From NCBI GenBank assembly GCA_008690995.1, contig VRMN01000001.1:868001-932000 (forward strand): 64,000 bases of DNA, given 5' to 3'. This DNA comes from Porphyridium purpureum. Taxonomy: Eukaryota. Shown here in pieces: positions 48,834-57,935 of this stretch; positions within the stretch are counted from its first letter, which is position 1; every line of letters starts with the position of its first letter. The position numbers and the translations under genes were made by a program. The notes under the pieces are model-generated. The model saw only the letters and a list, made by a program, of their open reading frames with translations, had not been told where the DNA came from and made no database searches.

Positions 48834-50318
48834 ATGGCAGCGACGCGCTGGATAAGTCGAGGCGCCGTATCCCTGCGCACCGTGCCGGAATTGCTCGTGG
48901 GTACACGCTTTGGGGCAGGTGCACCTGCAGCAGCAGGGGTTCGTGTGGAAAGGCAAGAACCAGGTCGGACGCAAATCAAGCGGCACGCGTGGCTTGCCGC
49001 TGTCGGGGCAGAGACAAATGGTGGAAATGCAGGAAAATTTCAAGTACGGGGCAACAGCTGTCGAGCGTCCGAGTTCGTCGGGCGGGGAATCAATCTAACT
49101 GCCCAAACGCACAAGCGCAATATGAGCAAGTCGGCGCAAAGCGCAAGTATTATCGAGACAAGCATCGATGCGGAAATATCCGGGACAGATAGAGAAAGAT
49201 CAGATCCAGACAGCAAAGCAGAGGGCAAGAAGGGCGGATACATGGCACCGAAAGGGCAGTTGCCGGATATTAATGTACCTAAGCCCGACCTCAAGGTTTG
49301 GATGGATCCCGATATTCCCATGGCCATCTTTCAGGACGTTCAAATTCTCAAGCAGCGCGGTTTTTTCGAGTTCACATTCTTTCCTGATCGCTTTAGGATT
49401 TACACGAGGAAACAAACCATTGACCTGGAAATTCCGTATTCGGACGTGAAAGGAATCATTGGGTTCCCGTCAATCAAAACTGGACACCTTGATCGGGTCA
49501 GGGTCTTTATCTCGCTCAAAAAATCCATCAAGATGAGAGGACAGCTCTACAATTATTTGATCCCGTGCTTTGTGGTGCATAGAAAACTGAGTGTGAAAAT
49601 GCTAAACGTCAAGGCGGAGGAGCTTGTCGCGAATTACGGATCTCACCTCCCAAAGGTAATTCAAGGTTCTTGGTGGGCCGTCTTTACTTCCGTCATGAAG
49701 CACATGATTTGGAAGGATGCGGAACTCCCGAAATCTGTGTATTGTATGGATCCAGTGAAACCTGTGGCCGCAGTCATGAGGAAGAACGAAGGTCACTTGT
49801 ACTTTTGCGAGGCCTGTTTCATTTGGGTGAAAAAGCCTCCTTTGATAATCTGGTTCGAGGACATTGAAGTCGTCAATTTTCTGTTGAATAAGCCGGTGAA
49901 CAAGCCAGGTAGTCTGCTGGCGAAGAAGCCGAGGATGAAGGGTGGTCTTACGATGATTGTCACCTTGAAAGATTCGACAGAGTGGGAGTTTTTCGATATT
50001 TTGGTCACTGAAACGAAGAGACTGCAGAATCATCTTGCACGCCGTGGCGTGGAAGTCATTCCAGTACGGGAAGACCAAATTGCAGGGACCAAAAAGTCGA
50101 AGCAGAAGAAGAAGAACAAGACGGTGGGGGAAGGGGATGAAATGAGCTCAGACAGCGACAGCGACTACTTCAGCAGCGACTCTGAGAGCGACGACACAGA
50201 ATCAGAGCAGTACGCCATCGACGCGTCTTCTCTGCAGCAACCTTTGAAAAAGTCGCGAGGTGACGAAGAAAATTTATCCTTTGCTGAACTCGCTCGTCGC
50301 GTCCCCAGAGAACCCTAG
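48834..50318 (+). CDS. SSRP1/Pob3 (FACT) middle-domain-like protein A, presequence-like N-terminus
   Basis: ILKQRGFFEFTFFPDRFRIY..DLEIPYSDV, VFISLKKSIKMRGQLYNYL and KNEGHLYFCEACFIWVKKPPLIIWFEDI parallel the SSRP1 motifs LTPRGRY..DYKIPY, SLDPPIRQGQTRY, GxLYPLERxFIxxxKPP; acidic tail. Confidence 0.8.
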   Translation: MAATRWISRGAVSLRTVPELLVGTRFGAGAPAAAGVRVERQEPGRTQIKRHAWLAAVGAETNGGNAGKFQVRGNSCRASEFVGRGINLTAQTHKRNMSKSAQSASIIETSIDAEISGTDRERSDPDSKAEGKKGGYMAPKGQLPDINVPKPDLKVWMDPDIPMAIFQDVQILKQRGFFEFTFFPDRFRIYTRKQTIDLEIPYSDVKGIIGFPSIKTGHLDRVRVFISLKKSIKMRGQLYNYLIPCFVVHRKLSVKMLNVKAEELVANYGSHLPKVIQGSWWAVFTSVMKHMIWKDAELPKSVYCMDPVKPVAAVMRKNEGHLYFCEACFIWVKKPPLIIWFEDIEVVNFLLNKPVNKPGSLLAKKPRMKGGLTMIVTLKDSTEWEFFDILVTETKRLQNHLARRGVEVIPVREDQIAGTKKSKQKKKNKTVGEGDEMSSDSDSDYFSSDSESDDTESEQYAIDASSLQQPLKKSRGDEENLSFAELARRVPREP

Positions 50319-50433
50319 GTGCGCCTTCTGACTCGGTTTTCATGTTCACCGGCAACGAGCTCGCAAATCTACTTTCAGCGCTGGCTTCACAGAGCTGCTT
50401 GACAGCATCAGATCCGGGAAGCGTCCGCCTCAG

Positions 50434-51303
50434 TCATTCACGAACAAACACGGCGGCCATATCGATGGAGTCGGCGGTGATATGTGCGCGCGCGCGAAGT
50501 TCGGCAGGAATTTCGGTGACACTGATTTCTTTGAAGGCGTTTGGCAGCAGCACGTCGCGGTATGCTTGTGGCGAGACGCCATAAGGTGGTCCATCTGGCT
50601 TCTGTAGGTTTGGAAAGACCGAGCACAGCAAGATCGATCCTGGGGCCGTCACTTCCTTCATAGCGCGCGCCCACTTTCCACGCATGGACGGATCAATTGC
50701 GCAGAAAAAGGTGTCGTCGAAAATGAAATCAAAAGGCGCTCCTTGAGACATCCAATCCTGTGTGACAAAAAAATTCGCAACGACTCCTTTGACATTCGTG
50801 AGATCGGCCTCTCGAGCGAGGTTCTCCATTCTCTTCACCGCGATCCCGCTCAAATCAACTGCAGTCACTTGATTGGCAAACGCGCCCACTAGCACCGCAT
50901 CGTAACCGCTCCCGCACCCGGGAATCAGAGCACTACGTGGCTTCAAGGGCGGAGCGCTCTCATCTGTCGACACTCCCGATTCCGCGATTTGCTGGCGGAG
51001 ACGACCGTACTCTCCCGTCTCCAGGAAACGCTTGAGGTACGGATGAGCGGCACCACAGTCCCAGGGCGTCGAACTGGTCTCCCACTTGCTTTCCCAAAAT
51101 GAAGGTCGACTCTTGTTAATGTCTTCCCCTGAGCTAGCCATCGCAAGCACAATTGGACTCGCACAGCACCACCTCTTCCAGGTCTTGATCGTATCGCAGT
51201 GCACCGGCAACGCGCGCACACTGCTTGCGCCTCGGATGCGAACCGTGGCGGTCGGTACGCGTACCGCGACAAAACCGCTGTATTTGGGAGCAGACACAGG
51301 CAT
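50434..51303 (-). CDS. SAM-dependent thiol/halide methyltransferase (HOL/TPMT family)
   Basis: FWESKW..TPWDCG, RSALIPGCGSGYD, FDFIFDDTFFCAIDPSMRGKWA, DGPPYGVS. Start is either 51303 (transit-like) or 51141. Confidence 0.9.
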   Translation of the reverse strand: MPVSAPKYSGFVAVRVPTATVRIRGASSVRALPVHCDTIKTWKRWCCASPIVLAMASSGEDINKSRPSFWESKWETSSTPWDCGAAHPYLKRFLETGEYGRLRQQIAESGVSTDESAPPLKPRSALIPGCGSGYDAVLVGAFANQVTAVDLSGIAVKRMENLAREADLTNVKGVVANFFVTQDWMSQGAPFDFIFDDTFFCAIDPSMRGKWARAMKEVTAPGSILLCSVFPNLQKPDGPPYGVSPQAYRDVLLPNAFKEISVTEIPAELRARAHITADSIDMAAVFVRE

Positions 51304-51355
51304 GGGCGCAGTCGCAGCGCACACGCTAAAGTTGCAGAGAAATACGAGCGGCTCA

Positions 51356-52576
51356 ATGGCAGCTTTCAGCTTCCCATGTCGATGCTTTGCTTCGTGGATC
51401 GGTGGAACTGCGCACGCTAATACCGGGTTGCGTCGGAAGCGAGGCCCGAAGGACTGGAGGCTAGGAGGTCGGGTTTCCATTTGCATGGAGACCGTGCTGC
51501 GTCCCGCGCAGCGAGCAAAGCTGCTGGAAAGCTTTGAGCGGACGGGATTGGTCAAACTGGACCCGTCGTTACACAAAGGGCAGTGCGGGCGGGTGATGAT
51601 AGTTGGCGGGTCGAAAGAGTACACGGGCGCGCCATACTATGCTGGTATTAGCGCACTGCGCGCAGGCGCGGATTTGGTGCATGTCATGTGCAGCAGCGAG
51701 GCAGTGGGGCCCCTTAAGGGTTACAGTCCCGAGCTAATGGTGCATGGTATCTTGCCGTCGACAGCGACCCATCCTATGCGCAACGAAGATCCGAAGCACA
51801 ACAGCTTTTCATTTGCCCAGGAGCTGCTTGATGACGCAGCCGCGCTCGTGCAGCGAATTGACGCACTTGTGGTTGGGCCCGGTTTGGGTCGTGATTCTGT
51901 CACCATAGCCTTTGTTGAGGCGCTGCTTGTTCAAGTGGCCAGGGAAAGGCAGAAAACTGGGCGGGACTTATCGCTTGTATTTGACGCTGATGGACTGGCG
52001 CTTGTCAAGTACAAGTCCAAACTGTTCGACGCCAACTCTGCTGGGCTTCTGCCAGGTCCGGTCTTTTTAACGCCAAATGTTGTTGAATACGGCAGACTAG
52101 CGGACACTTGGCGCGAGGGTTTGGACCCGGCTTGCTCGTCCGCAGGCGAACTGCGAGCTGAACCCACGCACTTGGCGAGAGTATGGGGCCCACGCATGAT
52201 TATCGTGGAGAAAGGCCCGCGCGATATTATTGCAAGCGGTGACGAAAGAGAGCAAGCACCACTGGTTTGTAACGAGCCTGGAAGTTTGCGCAGGTGTGGT
52301 GGACAGGGTGATGTGCTGGCAGGTGTGCTAACATGCTTCGCCGCTATGCAAGCGAAAAGAGGCCAAACCGACCAAGGCCGATCCGGTGTGGCAGTGGACT
52401 TGAGGCTTGCGGCGTTTGCGGCATGTACGCTTGTGCGGGCTTCCGCTGCCGCGGCGTTTGAAAAGAAACGTCGCAGCATGCTTACCACTGACGTCATTGA
52501 ACACTTGCCCGAACGGCTGGAAATCATGTTCCCCACGAGTTATCATGAAGAGACTGAAAGGCCTCAGAGTGGCTGA
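51356..52576 (+). CDS. NAXD: ATP-dependent (S)-NAD(P)H-hydrate dehydratase (YjeF-C/CARKD)
   Basis: HKGQCGRVMIVGGSKEYTGAPYYAG, GADL, YSPELMVH, VVGPGLGR, FDADGL, LTPNVVE, GSLRRCGGQGDVLAG; MAAF transit-like start at 51356 (alternative Met 51485). Confidence 0.94.
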   Translation: MAAFSFPCRCFASWIGGTAHANTGLRRKRGPKDWRLGGRVSICMETVLRPAQRAKLLESFERTGLVKLDPSLHKGQCGRVMIVGGSKEYTGAPYYAGISALRAGADLVHVMCSSEAVGPLKGYSPELMVHGILPSTATHPMRNEDPKHNSFSFAQELLDDAAALVQRIDALVVGPGLGRDSVTIAFVEALLVQVARERQKTGRDLSLVFDADGLALVKYKSKLFDANSAGLLPGPVFLTPNVVEYGRLADTWREGLDPACSSAGELRAEPTHLARVWGPRMIIVEKGPRDIIASGDEREQAPLVCNEPGSLRRCGGQGDVLAGVLTCFAAMQAKRGQTDQGRSGVAVDLRLAAFAACTLVRASAAAAFEKKRRSMLTTDVIEHLPERLEIMFPTSYHEETERPQSG

Positions 52577-53153
52577 AATTGTATATGGTCTGATCGTGTA
52601 AAATCAATATCACGTCGTCTGTATTCACTCGTCTTGAGAGCGATGAGGAAGCATCTACGCATGTTCATGAACCGAATCCTGTGCATTCCTCCGAGGGATC
52701 TGATGGTAGCCAGGAGTGAAAGAAGGGGTACCATGGATTCTGCACTTTCCGTAGGGAAGCAACGTTCTGGGCGTTTTGGAAACCGTTGCTGATCAGTATC
52801 TTCTGGCGATGGCCTCAGCATCGTGGGCTTCCGCGCCGGTGCGAGCATGCGGGATCCTGTTTCAAAGCACCATTCCGACGGCAGTGTAGCAGATGTATAG
52901 CACGTTAAAAGCCGACCTGGAAGGCTTGAGTGCGGAGCGCTCTTTCGTTTTCTGGCGATTACCAACAAGCATAAGCCTCCGGTTTTGTTCTCGTCGTCAC
53001 ACACGTGTCTTGGAGCCCTTGCCTCCTCAAGGAATGATCACAATGGTCAAACCGGTTCAAGACAACTTGCTTAACTGGTACGATAAACCGATAACAACAG
53101 TTGCGTGCGGGCGCGAGGATGCGCGCGGTGGATCGCTCGTGGACAACGAGAGC

Positions 53154-54935
53154 ATGGCGTCACAGCTCCTTCGCAATGTTTTACATCGCAGACACGCCGT
53201 GTGCGAGGCAGTCCTTCCACGCATGCGCGCGCGCGAACATGTATTGCTGCCGGGGAATAAGCAACCCGGATTTCTGGCAGGTGGCACGCGCGCACGGTTT
53301 TGCTCCAGTAGGGATAACGGCCCTCCCGAGGATGTTGATAACGGATCTGAAGGTGCTTTATGGTTAGCCCAGAACATATTTCATACACCGCTGCCAGAGT
53401 CGGTCGTTCCCCTGGCGAATTTGCCGGGAAATCTACCAAAGACGAGCGAGGGAAGGGAGGAGCCTCACGATAGCGGCCAGACCCGCGAGCTCGGAAGTCG
53501 CGAAACGGGCTTCGGGGAAGAGGTCAGGGTTCCAAATAATGATCTTATAATCAAGGCCAACACAATAGGACCGCAGCACAAAAACCAGAAGAGAGGCAAG
53601 CAGAGAACCGGCCTGGGCCTGGACGAGTCGCACGTTCCGAAATTGGATCTCAGAATCAAGGCAAACATTCTAGGACCGCAACACAAGCCGCCACCAGGAG
53701 GCAAAAGGAAATATGGTCCAGGTTATATCCCGAAAAAGCTACCCCGGCCGTATTTACCACAAACGACAAAGTTTGCGCCGGTCATTAATGCCATGTACCC
53801 GAAACCACCGAATCCGAATACGGACCCGGACAGTTTGGAGTTGGATGAAGAAGTACCGCTTGCCGTCTTTCCAGACGTACAATTACTGAAACAGCGCGGC
53901 TTTTTTGAAGTATCCTTCTACCCGAAGAAGTTCAGGATGTACGTGCGACTGCATACCATTGACCTCTCTATTCCGTATTCGGAGGTGCAACGAGTATTTT
54001 CGTTCCCAAGTCCAAGGCCCAAAGGCGCGCATCGTGAGCGAGTTCGGGTTTATGTATCACTTGCTCATCCAATCAAAATGAGAGGCGTTTCCTACTCGGT
54101 CATCGCCTTTTGCTTCATTGTTTCCAAAAAGGTGAGGTTTCGGATGCAAAACATCAACGAGACGCAGCTTATGAACATTTACGGTGACAAATTGTTGATC
54201 GAAGAGGTAGGCCAGTGGTGGTCTGTCTTCACGAATGTCATGAGGCACATGGTGTGGAAAAAGGAGAAGATTCCCAACACGATATTTTCTGTGCTGCCGA
54301 GAAAGCCGATACACACGAGGCACAGGGGATTTGAAGGCCATCTTTTTTTCCTCGAAGCGTGCTTCATCTACATGAAGAGGCCTCCCATGCTAATTCCATA
54401 CACCGACGTTGAAATTATGCATATCTTGAAGTACCCGCCCATGAAGAAGCCCTTGGAGAAGGATTTGACTGAACAGAATCTTCGGGGAAGTATGACGTTA
54501 AGAGTCGCCCTCAAGGACTCTAGAAAGCTCACTTTCAATGAGATTAGTCTGAGAGAGTTGGGAACACTCCAAAAGTTTCTGGAAGTCCACCATGTGCCAG
54601 TAGTCTTGAACGTCGTCCCCCCGGCGGAATCCGACGCAGAGAAGAAAGATGCATTCAAGAATATCATTGATTACTGGGAAGATGATCGCGTGAATCTGGA
54701 ACGCGGCACCTATCAGGACTACATAGCCATGAGTGTAGAGGAACTTCAGCGAAGAGCTAAGCGCCTGAAAGAGTCAGGCGAGGAAAGCTACGATACACTT
54801 TGCCGAAAGGAGTTTCAGAAAAGGGTCGAACGAGTGAAGAAGGAGTATAATCTCCCAGACTTTGACCTCGGGGAGGTTGATGCCGACGTGTACGAACACG
54901 CGTTTGATGACCCACCATGGGCGGAACATAGCTAA
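53154..54935 (+). CDS. SSRP1/Pob3 middle-domain-like protein B, presequence-like N-terminus; paralog of 48834-50318
   Basis: PLAVFPDVQLLKQRGFFEVSFYPKKFRMY..TIDLSIPYSEV, RVRVYVSLAHPIKMRG, WWSVFTNVMRHMVWK, EGHLFFLEACFIYMKRPP all match paralog A closely. Start chosen at MASQLLRNV. Confidence 0.8.
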   Translation: MASQLLRNVLHRRHAVCEAVLPRMRAREHVLLPGNKQPGFLAGGTRARFCSSRDNGPPEDVDNGSEGALWLAQNIFHTPLPESVVPLANLPGNLPKTSEGREEPHDSGQTRELGSRETGFGEEVRVPNNDLIIKANTIGPQHKNQKRGKQRTGLGLDESHVPKLDLRIKANILGPQHKPPPGGKRKYGPGYIPKKLPRPYLPQTTKFAPVINAMYPKPPNPNTDPDSLELDEEVPLAVFPDVQLLKQRGFFEVSFYPKKFRMYVRLHTIDLSIPYSEVQRVFSFPSPRPKGAHRERVRVYVSLAHPIKMRGVSYSVIAFCFIVSKKVRFRMQNINETQLMNIYGDKLLIEEVGQWWSVFTNVMRHMVWKKEKIPNTIFSVLPRKPIHTRHRGFEGHLFFLEACFIYMKRPPMLIPYTDVEIMHILKYPPMKKPLEKDLTEQNLRGSMTLRVALKDSRKLTFNEISLRELGTLQKFLEVHHVPVVLNVVPPAESDAEKKDAFKNIIDYWEDDRVNLERGTYQDYIAMSVEELQRRAKRLKESGEESYDTLCRKEFQKRVERVKKEYNLPDFDLGEVDADVYEHAFDDPPWAEHS

Positions 54936-55936
54936 TGTTGCACGAGAATCCAGGGTAGAGCGCTCGCGTCCTGCTCACGGCGTCGACTGCACGACTGGCG
55001 CAGTGAAAGATGGTGGGCGAGCTTTCACTGCCTGGCCGTCCTGATTCCGTGTGCATGCGAAGAAGACTTTCCACGCTTTCTAGCACACGATGATCACGTT
55101 CTTCTATCAGTATATAACAGTCATACGCAGGAGCGCAAAGCACGAGATGACAGTGATCCTGAATATTTGAATCAAGTATGTGGTGAAGCTTTGCACATTG
55201 CGATTGATAATGTCACTGTTCGGACGATGCTCGACGTACACGCAGCCCGTGGAAAGCGCATGAGCATCGTCTGGACCGTGTTCCCGCCTAGGTCCAGCGC
55301 CACAACATGCTGGCGTGCGAGAAGGTGGCTGCGGTTCCCATCCTAGTACGCATGCGGAGGTTGCTCGTATTACGGTTGTGGTTCGTGCTGCTGCCGCGGC
55401 TCTAGCAGTTACACACCGGTTTTTCTGGCACCCGCGCGTGATGAGGTCGCGTCGGCTTTCCTGAACGCTGTCGACGTGGCTGCACGTCACCGCGTCCGGA
55501 CAGTTAGGTTGTCTGGGGTGTTTCATGACCTGTCCCTTGTCCGCGAATGCCTATCTGGGGATAGCTCCAACTTGAAGCAGCATGTCTCCGCCGCCGTAGC
55601 GACGGGCGCTATATCTTATCGCCACCGGCCCTTTGTCTTTCATCTCAAGCTGCGCATCGCGACTCAAAGATTTACGTTCCAGGTAGTGAGTGCCATAAGA
55701 AAAGCTTCGTCTTCAATTTTCATCCTCTTCGTCAGGCAGCTGCCACCTGAATGGTCAATTTTCTTCTCCGAGTGGCAATGCGACACTCATCGGATGCGAT
55801 CGATGGCCCGCAATCGGAGCGGATCAGAGCGGACAGATAGACACCCGGTGACATTGATATCTAATCGTGCTCATGCCTATTTGGTGTCCTTCTGAATCGC
55901 AATCCATGAGCTGGGGGCTCCGTGCTTTTGGCTGAC

Positions 55937-57415
55937 TCACTTTTCCAGGACTTTTTGATCGATTGCAATGCCCGTGTGCCGCGCAAACTTGGTGTCGAGG
56001 GCGACCACAATCGCGTCACCGACCCTGAGCTGCGTGACAGATACACCTGTGTTGGCTGAGTCCGCTCCCGTTTTCGTGTCCGCACTCGGTACGGCCAGTT
56101 TTACTGTCTCGGCGTTCTGCAACATGATTGAAAAGCGACGTATCTCTCCGTCTTCGCACGAAGCCTCCGCTTCGACCAGGAGCAACGGTCGCTGCTCAAT
56201 TTTGACCCTGCCTACCACTGCAGTCCGCGCCGATCCCGCGTGTGCACTCACCACCAGCACGCGCCTGCCCGCATGCAACTCTGAGAGATAAGCTGTACGC
56301 CCCTGTGGCGCGCGAGTATACGCGCACACAGCGGATGCGTTCACACGAAACGGACGCGACGCCACGTACGCGTTTTCACTGGCCTCGCTGAGCACGAGAA
56401 ACATACCCTGGCTCGAGTTGCCGACCAGTATGCCTTCGTCGGGTCGCAAAATTTGACACATGTCCACGCACACACGGTCCCCCATCCCAACCGGCGTGAC
56501 AGAAACCACACGTGCGACTTGTGGCTGCATGCCAGCCAGGCCATCCGGACCGCTACCACCAGCCTCGCTCGCCAGCTCCAGCTGCGACCTTAGCTGGATC
56601 ACTTGTAGCGCGTCGCTTGCTTCCAGAATCACGCCGTCCATGCCGCGGTCCAGCGACTCGAGCATGGGCCACGCATCATCCACCGCATCGACCTTGGCAA
56701 GCAGCTGGACGGCGGGTAGCGTCGATCCACCGCGAGCTGTCGTCGACCCTGCCACTGCAATAAGGTTTTCAGCCGGAATCCTGCTCCACGTCGAGCCCTT
56801 TTCTGATGTCGTCGCGTCCATAATGAGCATGCGCATGCGGCCCGCTTCTTGCTTCAGTGCACATATCGCCTGCTCCTGTTGCATTTCAGATTTTAAGCGA
56901 ACGTATTCGGCTACAGCACGGCCGACTGGTGCTGGCGTGTGCTCCGCGTTGGTGATCTCCAACCGATAAACTTCGAGCCAGTCGGTATCTAACGAATCCC
57001 CACGAATGCCAACAGAGCTGCTGACGACACAAAACGCACGATGCCTCGCCAAAGCCGAATAGGAAGCATATTGCTCCGCGGCAGACGCACGCGCACCGTC
57101 GGTCGAAAAGTCATAAACAAAGTCCTCAAAGCCGGCCTCAATTGCTGCCGTAAACGCCGCTTTACTGCGTGGCATGATCCAAACCACGCGCGAGCGATTA
57201 GCATACTGCCAATGTGCTCGCACCTCCTCATCTATCTCACCAGTCGCAGCCGCAGCCGCAGGACCGTCAACGATGCCCATGCGCAGGCGCGCATGACGCC
57301 GCGCAAAACAAACACCCACTCGCACATGCCTCAATCCCGCGCACCTTGACGGATCCGGCGTCGCACTTCTGCACCGTCTCAGTTCCTTCCCTGCCAGACA
57401 TGCGAACGCCGCCAT
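55937..57415 (-). CDS. 3-dehydroquinate synthase type II (archaeal AroB'-like), plastid-targeted
   Basis: WSRIPAENLIA, LESLDRGMDGV, GMGDRVCVDMC, EGILVG, YVASRPFRVNA, RTAYLSEL, VGRVKIEQRPL, LQNAETV, ARHTGIAI; MAAF transit peptide. Confidence 0.93.
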   Translation of the reverse strand: MAAFACLAGKELRRCRSATPDPSRCAGLRHVRVGVCFARRHARLRMGIVDGPAAAAATGEIDEEVRAHWQYANRSRVVWIMPRSKAAFTAAIEAGFEDFVYDFSTDGARASAAEQYASYSALARHRAFCVVSSSVGIRGDSLDTDWLEVYRLEITNAEHTPAPVGRAVAEYVRLKSEMQQEQAICALKQEAGRMRMLIMDATTSEKGSTWSRIPAENLIAVAGSTTARGGSTLPAVQLLAKVDAVDDAWPMLESLDRGMDGVILEASDALQVIQLRSQLELASEAGGSGPDGLAGMQPQVARVVSVTPVGMGDRVCVDMCQILRPDEGILVGNSSQGMFLVLSEASENAYVASRPFRVNASAVCAYTRAPQGRTAYLSELHAGRRVLVVSAHAGSARTAVVGRVKIEQRPLLLVEAEASCEDGEIRRFSIMLQNAETVKLAVPSADTKTGADSANTGVSVTQLRVGDAIVVALDTKFARHTGIAIDQKVLEK

Positions 57416-57935
57416 CGTATCTCGCGTCGCGACGACGCGATCCAGACGACCAATTCACAAAAGCACACAGCTCGCTAGCCAGCTCGCTAGCGCGCCGCAC
57501 ACCAGGATTGAGCACAGTCTAGATAGCTTGTCCACATCGGTGTATTGCGGTGGGGCAAAACGCGCAGCGCGCAGCGGTCACGTGATGGCGCAACGCCGCG
57601 GAACCAGGAACCAAACAGCCGCACTTGCACGCGGGCTGTGCCCAAGCTTCGTACGTGCCGCACACACCCATTCAAGTGCTGCCGGCTGAATATTTTAAAG
57701 AATATGTTAAACATGGACTTAAACAATGAGTTCACATATAAACGCGCTGTTTTACTATAAGAAATACCGCGCCCGGCGAGCGCTGTACCGCCAGGTACAG
57801 TTGGCAACGCGGTGGCGTTGGCGCGTCGGGCGCGCGTTGCACGCGGGGTTGCGGCAAGGCGGTGCGGGGAGAGATCGGGACGGGGGGGTTGAGGGGGTGG
57901 GGAAGGAGGAGGAGAAGGACGCCGTCGCAGCTGCA

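Noticed and set aside
48572..48979. N-terminal extension of DEPDC5 in the ORF track
   Set aside because: Non-ATG start; runs through the AT-rich divergent promoter and overlaps the opposite gene.
54936..55936. Short ORFs (55107-55526 -, 55476-55895 +)
   Set aside because: No motifs; they lie between convergent genes.
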